NCBI GenBank assembly: GCA_963772455.1
Contig: CAVYXJ010000007.1
Span: 1 to 64,000, forward strand
Length of the DNA stretch: 64,000 nucleotides
Direction of reading: 5' to 3'
Origin: Candidatus Bathyarchaeota archaeon
GTDB taxonomy: Archaea; Thermoproteota; Bathyarchaeia; Bathyarchaeales; Bathycorpusculaceae
Below the pieces are notes generated by a model. It was not told the origin of the DNA. It worked only from the letters and a program-made list of their open reading frames with translations, and did no database searches. Made by a program: the position numbers and the translations under genes. Shown one piece after another: positions 23,041 through 32,854 of this stretch. Every line of letters starts with the position of its first letter. Positions within the stretch are counted from its first letter, which is position 1.

Positions 23041-23379
23041 TTATTCGGCGCCTAAAATTTTTACTTTCACGGATATTTCTTCGGATAGTTGCTCTCTTGT
23101 TTTACCTTCAGTAGGTATACCTAGTTTTTGAGCTGTTTCAAGCAGCATTTCATCTTTAGTTTTGATAGCTGTTGGTTGAGTAGCAGGTGCGGCTTGCGGA
23201 GCTGGCGTAGGAGTGTTTTCAGTTGTTAAAGCGGCAGTATTGAATTCTTTTGATGCTTTGCTGAATTCGCCTTTGGCTTGTCCTAATGCACGGGCAAACT
23301 GTGGAATCTTTGCTGGACCCCACATGATAATAACGATTGCAACTACACCGATGATGATCCATTCCCATCCTTCGAGCAT
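23041..23379 (-). CDS. tatA: Twin-arginine translocase subunit TatA
   Basis: EWIII...WGPAKIPQFARALGQAKGEF TM plus amphipathic helix signature. Confidence 0.92.
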   Translation of the reverse strand: MLEGWEWIIIGVVAIVIIMWGPAKIPQFARALGQAKGEFSKASKEFNTAALTTENTPTPAPQAAPATQPTAIKTKDEMLLETAQKLGIPTEGKTREQLSEEISVKVKILGAE

Positions 23380-23443
23380 TTATAAAATTCTCCTGGATAT
23401 TTCTTTATTTTAACTAATGGTGAGTTGTTTTCTTAAATAGATT

Positions 23444-23467
23444 TGCTGTTGTATCATAGCAACCACA
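23444..23467. promoter_or_regulatory. 24-bp palindromic operator, site 6 (upstream of tatA)
   Basis: TGCTGTTGT-ATCATA-GCAACCACA, followed on the minus strand by TATTTAAG. Confidence 0.65.
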
Positions 23468-23638
23468 ACCGCTTGCTTGGTTAGCAGAAAATCCAAAAAA
23501 ATCTAATGATAACTATTCTGGGCGAAATACTAAGTAAGTAGATAAATATACGCTTACGTTACTGTGTGAAATAATAATCAAAACTTCCCCTTAACAATAA
23601 AAGAAGTCTAAACTATTTAGAACACTGGAGCAAGTTAA

Positions 23639-24853
23639 ATGAAGTATTTACTCGTTGTCGGAGACGGCATGGCAGACTACCCCGTGCCAGAACTGGGAAA
23701 TAAGACCCCGCTTCAAGCAGCTTATAAGCCAAACATGGATTCTATAGCTGCAAAAGGCAGAAGCGGCTTAATCAAGACTGTTCCAGCCGAATTAACTCCA
23801 GGATCCGACGCAGCAATATGTTCAGTACTGGGATACGACCCAACAAAATATTGTACTGGAAGAGGACCATTGGAGGCGCCTTCAAGAGGCATAAAACTTG
23901 CAGAAGATGACGCAGCCTACCGATGCAACTTAATAACTGAAAAAGATGGGGCGATCCTTGATTATTCTTCCGGGCACATAACAACTGAAGAAGCATCACA
24001 GTTAATTGCAGCTCTCCGAAAAGCTTTTGAAAAACCTGGCGAAATCGAGTTCTTTGCAGGTTTAGATTATAGACACTTTTTGATCCTGCGCAACTTTCCA
24101 TATCCTGAACTTATCCTATGCACTCCACCCCATGACGCCAGGGGAATTGCGGTTTCTGATGTTTTACCAAAAGCTAAATCGCCTCAAGCTGAAAAACCTT
24201 CACAGTTACTTAGGGATCTAATTGAAGGCTCTAGAGACGTCCTGCGTTCTCACCCAGTTAACATCGCACGGGAAAAAGCCGGCAAACACCCTGGAAATCT
24301 GATTTGGCCTTGGGGCGGTGGCAAAAAACCCTCAATGCCAACCCTCAAAGAAAAGTACGGCATAAAGTCCGCAGTCATATCAGCAGTTGATTTGGTGAAG
24401 GGGATTGGAACTTACGCTGGCATGGAAATCATTAATGTTCAGGGCGCCACAGGCTTAGATAACACGAATTATGAAGGCAAAGCCGACGCAGCACTAAAAG
24501 CACTAAAGACCAATGACTTGGTTTTTGTGCACGTTGAAGCCCCAGATGAAGCCGGACATTGCAGAGACTACAACTTAAAAGTGAAAACGATTGAGGATTT
24601 AGATAAACGGTTGCTAGGCAGAATCCTCAACGGCTTAAGTGAGCCATATGCAATCGCAATCCTTCCAGACCATCCAACCCCCATCAAAACTGGCACACAC
24701 TCAAGAGAACCAGTACCTTTCTCGATTGCGTCGCCGAATTTGAAGCCAGATGGGATTAAGAAATTCGACGAGTTCTCAGCCAAAAATGGCGCCTATGGCT
24801 TAATTGAGAATGATTTTCTTGTTTCACTTCTGCTCAAATCAGGCAAGCCCTAA
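23639..24853 (+). CDS. apgM: Cofactor-independent phosphoglycerate mutase (archaeal ApgM family)
   Basis: GDGMAD, TPLQAA, PGSD, GRGPLEA, HVEAPDEAGH, PDHPTP and H..EPVP motifs. Confidence 0.92.
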   Translation: MKYLLVVGDGMADYPVPELGNKTPLQAAYKPNMDSIAAKGRSGLIKTVPAELTPGSDAAICSVLGYDPTKYCTGRGPLEAPSRGIKLAEDDAAYRCNLITEKDGAILDYSSGHITTEEASQLIAALRKAFEKPGEIEFFAGLDYRHFLILRNFPYPELILCTPPHDARGIAVSDVLPKAKSPQAEKPSQLLRDLIEGSRDVLRSHPVNIAREKAGKHPGNLIWPWGGGKKPSMPTLKEKYGIKSAVISAVDLVKGIGTYAGMEIINVQGATGLDNTNYEGKADAALKALKTNDLVFVHVEAPDEAGHCRDYNLKVKTIEDLDKRLLGRILNGLSEPYAIAILPDHPTPIKTGTHSREPVPFSIASPNLKPDGIKKFDEFSAKNGAYGLIENDFLVSLLLKSGKP

Positions 24854-24872
24854 AAAATTTTTTGAAAAAACC

Positions 24873-25178
24873 CTATGTTTCCAAGCTTTCTTGTTTTGAC
24901 TCGAGATCTTTTATTCGCTTGTTTATCGCAGTTTTGATTTCAGGGTCACCTTCGTTGTGCTTAGCATCTAATAAGAGATTTTTTGCCATATAGAGGCTTT
25001 TTTCTCCGAAAAGTTTAGCGAATTTGCTAGACCTTTTTTCCAGCACACGAAAGTATCGGGGTAGGACACAAACGAAGTTTAAGGGATATCGTTTGCTTTT
25101 GTCTAGGTCGACGACTACTAGTTGGATGCGTTTAATTTGTTGGGTGCCACTTTTAATCGCGTAGAGTTTTAGGTTCAT
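24873..25178 (-). CDS. Hypothetical protein
   Basis: 101-aa ORF with an upstream GTGAGG SD-like sequence. Confidence 0.65.
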   Translation of the reverse strand: MNLKLYAIKSGTQQIKRIQLVVVDLDKSKRYPLNFVCVLPRYFRVLEKRSSKFAKLFGEKSLYMAKNLLLDAKHNEGDPEIKTAINKRIKDLESKQESLET

Positions 25179-25429
25179 TTCCTCACCCGCAAATAACTTG
25201 CAAAATTTGTATCAATTAAAAACTTAACTTTCTGTTATAATTTACTTTAACTTCTACAACATATTAAACTTTGCCAAAAATAAAAAGTCCTATCACTGTT
25301 TTAGTTTTAGAAAATTGCGTCTTGGAACCCCTTCACTGAAAGCCTTCCGTTAAATAATCTAACGAAAAATGCTTTGCCTGTGCTAAAGAGTTAAAATAAC
25401 GTTTTACCGTAACTTAAAAGCAGAATAAA

Positions 25430-28321
25430 ATGCAAATTGATAATTCCAATTCTGTCTTTGAACTACTCGCAAAACCAATACGCAAATCCTTAGCAGAGCT
25501 CGGCTTCTCCTCACCCACGATGCCGCAAACAATGGCTTTCCCCCCTATTTTGGAAGGCAAAAACGTGCTTTTGATTGCTCCTACTGGCACCGGAAAAACT
25601 GAGGCAGTTCTTTTGCCAATTTTCTCAAAACTGGTTGAAAAGAAAAACCAAGATCACAAAGGTATACAAATCATTTACATTACGCCTCTTAGAGCGCTTA
25701 ACCGTGACATGATTAAGCGGTTGACTTTTTGGAGCCAGCAACTTGACATAACTATTGAGGTTCGCCATGGCGATACCGAAATGAAGATTCGCAGAAAACA
25801 AGCTCTCAAACCACCACAGATGCTTGTCACCACTCCTGAAACTCTTCAAGCGATACTTCCCGGCACAAAGATGCGTGGACATTTAAAAAACGTTGAATAT
25901 GTTATTGTGGATGAAGTTCATGATTTAGCTTCGAGCAAACGAGGAGCACAACTATCCATCGCGCTCGAACGCTTACAAATAGTTACGGGCAAGGAATTTC
26001 AAAGAATCGGCCTGTCAGCAACAATTGGCAACCCAGAGGAAGTCGCCAAGTACCTTGCAGGGACACGTAGAAAAATCATCATCATTCCAGCTTCAGCAGA
26101 AAAGAGATACCTCTATAGTGTTGAAAACCCTTCGCCCATTGAGAAAGATTTTGAATTAGCTGGAAAACTTGATACTTCACCTGAAGCTGCTTCGAGAATT
26201 CGCCGAATACTTGAGTTAGTCGATTTACATCATTCTACACTCATATTTGTTAATAGCCGCACAATGGCAGAAGTTTTGGGTCATAAATTTGCTCAAATCA
26301 ATCGAGAAGATATAGCCGTTCACCATGGCTCGATTTCTAAAGAGGAAAGAATAGCCATTGAAGATTGCTTCAAAAATGGGCAGCTTAAAGCCATAATTTG
26401 CACAAGTACACTTGAGCTGGGCATTGATATTGGACAGGTAGATTTAGTAATTCAGTATATGTCACCTCGGCAAGTTAACAGCCTTATCCAAAGAGTGGGG
26501 AGAAGTGGTCATAGTTTAGGCGGAGAATCTGAAGGAATAATAATCACAGTTTACCCCGACGATGCCCTCGAATCTTTGGCAGCTATAAAGAACGCCAAAG
26601 CAAACCTCATTGAACAGGTCCCAATGCATGAAGGCGCACTGGATGTTTTGGCGCATCAAATAGCCGGTTTACTTATGGATCAACAGGAAATAGGCCTTAC
26701 AGAACTAACACGCATCATCAATAGGTCCTACCTTTACAGAAAAATGGGAAAAAAAGAGTTGTTGGATCTAATACACTTTTTAGAAAGCCTCAACCAATTA
26801 AGATTCAACGAAGACGAAGAAGTTTTGAGCAAAACACACAAAACCCGCATTTACTACTACAGCAACCTATCCATGATTCCCGACGAACGCAGATATCCAG
26901 TCATAAACGTAATCAACGACCGCAAAATCGGCACTTTAGGCGACGAATTTATGGCTCTTCACGCCAGAGTAGGCTTAAACTTCATTATGAAAGGCAAGGT
27001 CTGGCGAATCGTTCAAATCGAAGAAGAAATTGGGACAGTCCATGTCATACCCTCTGAGGATCCTTTTGCGTCTGTACCAGGGTGGGATGGAGAAATTTTG
27101 CCAGTGCCTTTTGATATTGCTCAGAAAACAGGACAAAACAGAAAAAGAATTGCTGAGGTTATCAAAAAAACTGGTGATATTGGTGTTGCTGCAGAGGTTT
27201 TGGCGAAAGAATTAGGTTCAGACAAAGACAGTATGTTAAACGCAATTAGCGAAATTGACGAGCAAATAAAACAGAATGCACCCTTACCAACCGAAGACCA
27301 CATCGTTATTGAACTATATGACCGATACATTGTGGTACACGCCTGTTTTGGAGAGTTAGTCAACAAGACTTTGGGCGGAATCTTTGATAGCATTCTCTCC
27401 GAAACGGAAGTTATCACTGGATGGTGGACAGATGGCTACCGAATCCTCATTGAAGCACCAAGAAAACTAAACAAACAAGAAATTTCACAGTTACCACAAA
27501 CGCTTTTTGGCTTAAATAATGAGAAAGTTGATTTTGCTTTCAAGAAGTATTTGGAAGCAAAGTTTCCTTTTGGTTATAAAATGAAGTCTGTGGCTGAACG
27601 TTTCGGTGTATTACCTCGGGGAAAAACCATGAGTCACCAAAGACAAGCTGAGCTTAAAGCGCACTTTGAAAATACTCCAGTTTACCGTGAAACAATTCGA
27701 GAAGCATTAATGGAGAAAATTGATCTAGAAAAAGCAAAACAAATCATGCATGATGTGAAAGAAGGCAAAATAAAAGTAACAACCTACCAAAGCTACGACA
27801 AACCAACACCACTTGCATTCTACATATTATCCAAATTTGCTGATGTAACCGAGATGATGGCTCCAGAAAAAGTCATAGTAAACAACATCGACAAACTTAA
27901 AATGGCAATAGATGCACGTGAAACAACTTTGCTTTGCATGAAATGTGGCGAGTCGAAAATTCATGAAAAAATAAAGGATCTGCCTGACCAACCAAAATGC
28001 GGCAATTGTGGTTCGGAACTGCTTGCTCCGCTTTATCGTTCCCAAGACAAAACGCATCTTTGCGATGCTCTAATAAGGAGACGTGAAGGCAAAGAGTTAA
28101 CGCCTGAAGAATTAAAAGAACTCAGCCAAGCCCGCAGAAAAGCAGATTTGATTTTAAGCTACGGGAAACAGGCCGTTCGCGCATTGCAGGTTAAAGGTAT
28201 CGGCCCCGAAACAGCGTCGCGGATTCTGGGAAAAATGCAACCCGACGAAGACAAATTCTACATGGACCTACTCAAAGCGAAGGTACTGTATTTGCGGACA
28301 AGAGAATACTGGGAAAAATAG
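25430..28321 (+). CDS. lhr: Lhr-family DEAD/DEAH-box helicase with C-terminal Zn finger and HhH
   Basis: APTGTGKT, PLRALNRD, DEVH, SAT, HHGS, TSTLELGID and QRVGRSGH motifs; CMKC...CGNC; GIGPETA. Confidence 0.9.
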   Translation: MQIDNSNSVFELLAKPIRKSLAELGFSSPTMPQTMAFPPILEGKNVLLIAPTGTGKTEAVLLPIFSKLVEKKNQDHKGIQIIYITPLRALNRDMIKRLTFWSQQLDITIEVRHGDTEMKIRRKQALKPPQMLVTTPETLQAILPGTKMRGHLKNVEYVIVDEVHDLASSKRGAQLSIALERLQIVTGKEFQRIGLSATIGNPEEVAKYLAGTRRKIIIIPASAEKRYLYSVENPSPIEKDFELAGKLDTSPEAASRIRRILELVDLHHSTLIFVNSRTMAEVLGHKFAQINREDIAVHHGSISKEERIAIEDCFKNGQLKAIICTSTLELGIDIGQVDLVIQYMSPRQVNSLIQRVGRSGHSLGGESEGIIITVYPDDALESLAAIKNAKANLIEQVPMHEGALDVLAHQIAGLLMDQQEIGLTELTRIINRSYLYRKMGKKELLDLIHFLESLNQLRFNEDEEVLSKTHKTRIYYYSNLSMIPDERRYPVINVINDRKIGTLGDEFMALHARVGLNFIMKGKVWRIVQIEEEIGTVHVIPSEDPFASVPGWDGEILPVPFDIAQKTGQNRKRIAEVIKKTGDIGVAAEVLAKELGSDKDSMLNAISEIDEQIKQNAPLPTEDHIVIELYDRYIVVHACFGELVNKTLGGIFDSILSETEVITGWWTDGYRILIEAPRKLNKQEISQLPQTLFGLNNEKVDFAFKKYLEAKFPFGYKMKSVAERFGVLPRGKTMSHQRQAELKAHFENTPVYRETIREALMEKIDLEKAKQIMHDVKEGKIKVTTYQSYDKPTPLAFYILSKFADVTEMMAPEKVIVNNIDKLKMAIDARETTLLCMKCGESKIHEKIKDLPDQPKCGNCGSELLAPLYRSQDKTHLCDALIRRREGKELTPEELKELSQARRKADLILSYGKQAVRALQVKGIGPETASRILGKMQPDEDKFYMDLLKAKVLYLRTREYWEK

Positions 28322-28328
28322 AGACCTT

Positions 28329-28475
28329 TCAGACCAAGTAATTATGCCTTTCTCTAATTTCTTCATCAAGCAACTCCTTAATATTCACCGATTTCTTTAG
28401 TTTTGGAGATGCAGTAGTTGCGAAGTATTCTGCATAACTGCCGTTTGTTTGATTTTTTTCTTTCTTTTTTGGCAT
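28329..28475 (-). CDS. Small 48-aa hypothetical protein (below the ORF-track cut-off)
   Basis: GAGGTGA SD directly upstream of ATG. Translates as MPKKKEKNQTNGSYAEYFATTASPKLKKSVNIKELLDEEIRERHNYLV*. Confidence 0.5.
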   Translation of the reverse strand: MPKKKEKNQTNGSYAEYFATTASPKLKKSVNIKELLDEEIRERHNYLV

Positions 28476-28644
28476 CAATTATCACCTCAGCATTAAGTTT
28501 TTAATTATTTATTTTTTTCATGAATTAGTCTAAAGAAAACTTCTTACAATAGCAACATATGTTTTACATGGTTTTAAATGTAAATTAGCTTAAGTTCGGC
28601 TTAATCTTAATTAAAGTGAATTTCATCGACGCCAGAGTTTTGTT

Positions 28645-30666
28645 TTACCGTTTTCGATAGACAGAAACGGCAATAATTACTACGCCAGCCATTGCTATTA
28701 CAACTCCCAAAGTTACACAGTTCAACGAACCACTGGATATCGACGTTTCTGCTGCGTTTGAACTCAAGTTTATCGCAACAATGTGCGTGCTATGATGATA
28801 GTTAAAAGATAGAAGCCACGAGTAACCTGTAGAAGCAACATCAAAGTTTACTGGTTTTCCGTCAAGAAAAACGTTTAGATCTGAGATATCTGCAATTATG
28901 CCTTTCGAAATATACACGTTTATGTACCCTGTTGATCCGTCGGGTCCAGTAAGACTAAAGCTCAATTGTTTACTTGTTGGGTCAAAAGAGAACGCTGCAA
29001 CGGTAGAGTTTGTTTGAATGGAGATGGGGTTTGGCTGTGAGTCGGAGTTGGCTGGTTCGAAGTTGACTATTGTGCTTATTGGCAGATACGTTATGTTTCC
29101 TGGGTAATCAGCTTTCAAAAGAAAATTCCCAGTTGAGGGAGGCATCCAAGTTACAAGAAAATCTCCAAAGGCGCCAGTGTCAACTGATGTGATTTGATTC
29201 CAAGAGCTTCCACCATCAGCGCTATACGAAAAAGATACAGGTTGACCCGACAAAGGCCAGCCTGCATCACTCAAGTTACCTGTAATATCAAATTTGGATA
29301 CGCCATCAGCTGTATAGTTTCTGCAGAAAACAAAAAGTTGAGGAATATCCGAATGCTCTGGTCCAGGTCCCCCGCCGATCGGCAGGACCCTTTCGTTGGA
29401 CGTGACAGTTAACGTTGATTTCAACGACTCAAAGATGGCGCCTTTTGCATCCGTAATTCTAACGTGGATATAATTTGTCATGTTAACTGTTGGCATAAAC
29501 GTCCAAGAATTTGTACCAAAAGAAGAATTAAAGATAGATTCCAAGCGGTCATCAACGTACCATTGATAAGTGTAGGGAGCTGCATTTCCCGTTATGGTTG
29601 CGGTAAAAGTTACTGATTGGCCTGCAATCACCGTTCTTGAAAGGGGCGATATGGTGATCGGACTTTTTCCTGTCCAGTAGTAGCCAGCGTAATAGGCTGT
29701 TTTGTTGACAAAGCCTGATGCTGAACCAATAAGCAGAGCCCATTGATTATTACCTGTTACATTGTAAGCTATTGTGGGCGTGTTTGGCCATGGTGGCAGA
29801 TTATCAATTCCATAGATTAATGACAAATCAGCAGTCCAACTATTTCCAGTCCATTTAAAGCATTCAACACTGCCATGCATTGGGCCACCACTAGCTAATC
29901 CAACAAAAAGAACCGTGCTGCCTTCAAAGCCTTGAGTAACATAAGGAACAGGAAAGAGACCGCTTGGACTAACCGCCTCATTGTTGGGTAAACCGTTTAC
30001 TAAATTGTTTTGGGCTCTCCAAGCGGTACCGTTCCATTCAAACCCCAGATAACCCTTATTGTCATAGTTATCAACAATTAAATCCCATTTGCCGTCGCCA
30101 AGCAAGTTATAGACCAATGTGGCAAAATTATTTCCGCCCCCTTCCTCATTAAAATTAGGTAAACCGTTAATTAATTTAGAATTCTCCACCCACTGTGAAC
30201 CCCGCCAAGAATAACCTATCCAACCGCGCCCTTCCATGGGTTCTAGCCTCGACGAATAAGAATTTCCAGCGATTATCATGTCAAAAGTGCCCTCACCAAC
30301 CACGTTGAAGCCAACAGTGGGGTCATTTCCATTTGCGTATGCTATCAACCCTTTCGCAATTGCGTTGTCGCTCACCCATTGTGAGCCATCCCAAACATAC
30401 CCAGTGAATGGGAATTCATTGACGGTCCAACCATTGCCAGGACCGATTATTAGGCTCCATCGACCATCACCCTTAAGGTTGTAAACAAAGCATTGACAGT
30501 TCTCGCTTATCCGCCCAAGCGATGGCAAACCTTTGGTAAGATTTGAATCTTCTTGCCAGCCGACAGATTGTGCGTTGACAGCAATGCTAGAATTAGTCAA
30601 TGCTGATGCCAAACTTATGCACAATAAAGAGCAAAGCATAGCGGTCAATATTTTAGTGGGGACCAA
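28645..30666 (-). CDS. Secreted, membrane-anchored surface protein with Trp/Gly repeats and Ig-like domains
   Basis: Signal peptide, about five repeats of GYxWxGxxW...L..GLP, Ig-like PYTYQWY segment, C-terminal TM. Confidence 0.8.
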   Translation of the reverse strand: MVPTKILTAMLCSLLCISLASALTNSSIAVNAQSVGWQEDSNLTKGLPSLGRISENCQCFVYNLKGDGRWSLIIGPGNGWTVNEFPFTGYVWDGSQWVSDNAIAKGLIAYANGNDPTVGFNVVGEGTFDMIIAGNSYSSRLEPMEGRGWIGYSWRGSQWVENSKLINGLPNFNEEGGGNNFATLVYNLLGDGKWDLIVDNYDNKGYLGFEWNGTAWRAQNNLVNGLPNNEAVSPSGLFPVPYVTQGFEGSTVLFVGLASGGPMHGSVECFKWTGNSWTADLSLIYGIDNLPPWPNTPTIAYNVTGNNQWALLIGSASGFVNKTAYYAGYYWTGKSPITISPLSRTVIAGQSVTFTATITGNAAPYTYQWYVDDRLESIFNSSFGTNSWTFMPTVNMTNYIHVRITDAKGAIFESLKSTLTVTSNERVLPIGGGPGPEHSDIPQLFVFCRNYTADGVSKFDITGNLSDAGWPLSGQPVSFSYSADGGSSWNQITSVDTGAFGDFLVTWMPPSTGNFLLKADYPGNITYLPISTIVNFEPANSDSQPNPISIQTNSTVAAFSFDPTSKQLSFSLTGPDGSTGYINVYISKGIIADISDLNVFLDGKPVNFDVASTGYSWLLSFNYHHSTHIVAINLSSNAAETSISSGSLNCVTLGVVIAMAGVVIIAVSVYRKR

Positions 30667-30796
30667 ACAGTTTCCTCGTTCTTAAGCGCATGAAGGTATA
30701 GTCTGCTTTTAAGTTTGTTGGCAAATAAAATCTTTAGACCTCGCTTGTTTTAAATGATTTTAAGGTTTAATAGGCGTTTTTTGTTCTTGGATTACG

Positions 30797-32083
30797 TTGA
30801 TTGCAGTGGCGGATCAGAAAAAAAGGGTGCTTAAGTGTTCTATTGGTTTGTGGAGTGCCGTTGCCATAAACGTTGGCGCAATCATAGGCGGCGGAATCTT
30901 CGTTGTTACAGGTATTGTGGCTGGTTATGCTGGCTCAGCACTAGTCATCTCAATGATAATCGCTGGTGTCATCGCTTTCATCACTGCCTGGAGTTTTGCC
31001 AAGTTAACCGCTTGGCAACCCGTTGAAGGCGGTGTCTATGAATATGGGCGTCAACTCGTTTCGCCTTACGCGGGATTTTTGGCTGGTTGGATGTGGATAA
31101 TCGCCAACACTTTCGTTGGCGCCGCAGTTTCTCTTGGCTTTGCCTACTATTTGACCTCGGCTTTCCCAGGTTTACCCACCGGTATAGTCGCAGCTGTTTT
31201 GTGCTTATCATTCACAGCTCTAAATTTGGTCGGCGCCAAAGAGTCAGCAAACGTAAACAACGTTTTGGTTGCCGTCAAACTTGCGGTACTGGCTTTTTTT
31301 GTCGCCTTCGGCGTCTTACATGTGAACACTGGCAATTTTGTCCCGTTTGAGCCCCTTTCAAACGGTGTGCTGTATGGATCGTTTTTCATCTTTTTTGCTT
31401 ACGGCGGATTCGCAAGGGTGTCGGTGATAGCGGAAGAAGTTAAAGATGCCAAACAAAATGTGCCTCGGGCGCTTCTGTTGTCCTTGGGAATTTCTATAGT
31501 TGTTTATGTTTTAGTTGGGTTAATCGCGGTGGGATTGCTGGGCCCTGAAGGTCTTGCAGCTTCGCCTTCACCTTTGAGCGCAGCAATCGGCATAACTGGC
31601 AATTCGTTAGCCGTTCAAATCGTATCCATTGGAGGTTTAGTGGCAACGGCAAGCGTCTTGCTAACGGCGATTTTTGGAGTTTCACGAATGGCTTATTCCA
31701 TGGCGCGACGCAAAGATTTACCCTCTGCGCTATCTCGTTTGCACCACAAGTTCTTGACACCTTACTATGCAATTCTCGCCACGGGGATTTTAATGGCGAC
31801 TTTGGTTTTGTTTGTAGATTTGAAAAGCGTTGTAGCGGTTAGCACATTTGCACTCCTTTTCAATTATTGTATAACTAACATCTCAGCCTTCAAGCTAAAG
31901 AATGGGCGAAAGCTTGTGCGGTTTATACCTCTACTTGGTTTAGCAACTTGCATTTTGTTGTTAGCGTTTATCCTGTTTGCCACTCCTGAAGCATGGCTGG
32001 TGGGCGTTGTTTTCTTGGTTGCAGGAACAATTTACTACTACGCACAAAGAAAGGTCAAGGACAAAGATGAGAAATTGAATTAG
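30797..32083 (+). CDS. APC-family amino acid permease
   Basis: IIGGGIF, EGGVYEY, FFAYGGF...AEEVKD and P.AL motifs; about 12 TM helices. Confidence 0.92.
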   Translation: MIAVADQKKRVLKCSIGLWSAVAINVGAIIGGGIFVVTGIVAGYAGSALVISMIIAGVIAFITAWSFAKLTAWQPVEGGVYEYGRQLVSPYAGFLAGWMWIIANTFVGAAVSLGFAYYLTSAFPGLPTGIVAAVLCLSFTALNLVGAKESANVNNVLVAVKLAVLAFFVAFGVLHVNTGNFVPFEPLSNGVLYGSFFIFFAYGGFARVSVIAEEVKDAKQNVPRALLLSLGISIVVYVLVGLIAVGLLGPEGLAASPSPLSAAIGITGNSLAVQIVSIGGLVATASVLLTAIFGVSRMAYSMARRKDLPSALSRLHHKFLTPYYAILATGILMATLVLFVDLKSVVAVSTFALLFNYCITNISAFKLKNGRKLVRFIPLLGLATCILLLAFILFATPEAWLVGVVFLVAGTIYYYAQRKVKDKDEKLN

Positions 32084-32134
32084 GGTGCGATAAAGATTTA
32101 AAGTTAAAATAGGGTTACGTGACAGGAAAAAGCG

Positions 32135-32854
32135 ATGCCTATTAAAGCAGTCTTATTTGACATGTTCGATACACTCATGCTAATTGAAAAAAATCATGAG
32201 TTCTACAGTCCTTCCCTTATTCGAATGTACAATTATCTGCACAAAAACGGCGTTGAGGTTCCCTTCGATAAATTTAATGAAGTGTACATCAAGGTTCGTG
32301 ATGCACTTTATGTTGAGGCGGATTTAAATTGGGAAGAACCTCACTTTAATGTTCGCGTTTCAAAGACACTCAAAAACTTAGGCTATGATTATAACGTCTC
32401 AAGTCCCATCGTAACTGAAGCTACTTACGAGTTTTGCGAAGAATTCATAAAGTATGTAAGAATAGATCAGAACGCCAAGGTAATGCTTGAGCAATTATTT
32501 GGGAAATACAAATTAGGAATCGTTTCCAATTTTGCAATTCCTGAATGTGTTCTTAAACTCCTTAAAACTGAGGGTTTGGATGGGTTATTTAATGCGATAG
32601 TGGTTTCTGGAGCAGTTAACAAGCGCAAACCAAGCCCAGAAATCTTTAAAGGCGCTTTGAAAATGCTCGGTGTATCTGCATCTGAAACAGTATTTGTCGG
32701 CGACACTATCGATGCAGACGTTGAAGGTCCAAAAGCAATCGGCATGAAAGTAATTTACATAGAACGGCGTGAACAAAAGAAATCTGAGAAGTTTTGCCCT
32801 GACCAGACAATTAAGAGCCTAAACGATTTACCTTTAGCGCTTGAGCGTTGCTGA
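32135..32854 (+). CDS. HAD-superfamily hydrolase
   Basis: DMFDTL motif I, SN, KP and GD...D motifs. Confidence 0.9.
   Translation: MPIKAVLFDMFDTLMLIEKNHEFYSPSLIRMYNYLHKNGVEVPFDKFNEVYIKVRDALYVEADLNWEEPHFNVRVSKTLKNLGYDYNVSSPIVTEATYEFCEEFIKYVRIDQNAKVMLEQLFGKYKLGIVSNFAIPECVLKLLKTEGLDGLFNAIVVSGAVNKRKPSPEIFKGALKMLGVSASETVFVGDTIDADVEGPKAIGMKVIYIERREQKKSEKFCPDQTIKSLNDLPLALERC

Noticed and set aside
20152-23379. Nitrous oxide reductase (nos) cluster
   Set aside because: No NosZ or NosD is present, and the ABC transporter is FtsX/MacB-type, not NosFY.
7922-23467. Palindromes as CRP or Rex boxes, CRISPR repeats or terminators
   Set aside because: TGTG-N16-CACA spacing differs from CRP and Rex. The copies are kilobases apart without spacers. 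Most arms are imperfect and sit upstream of TATA-like boxes.
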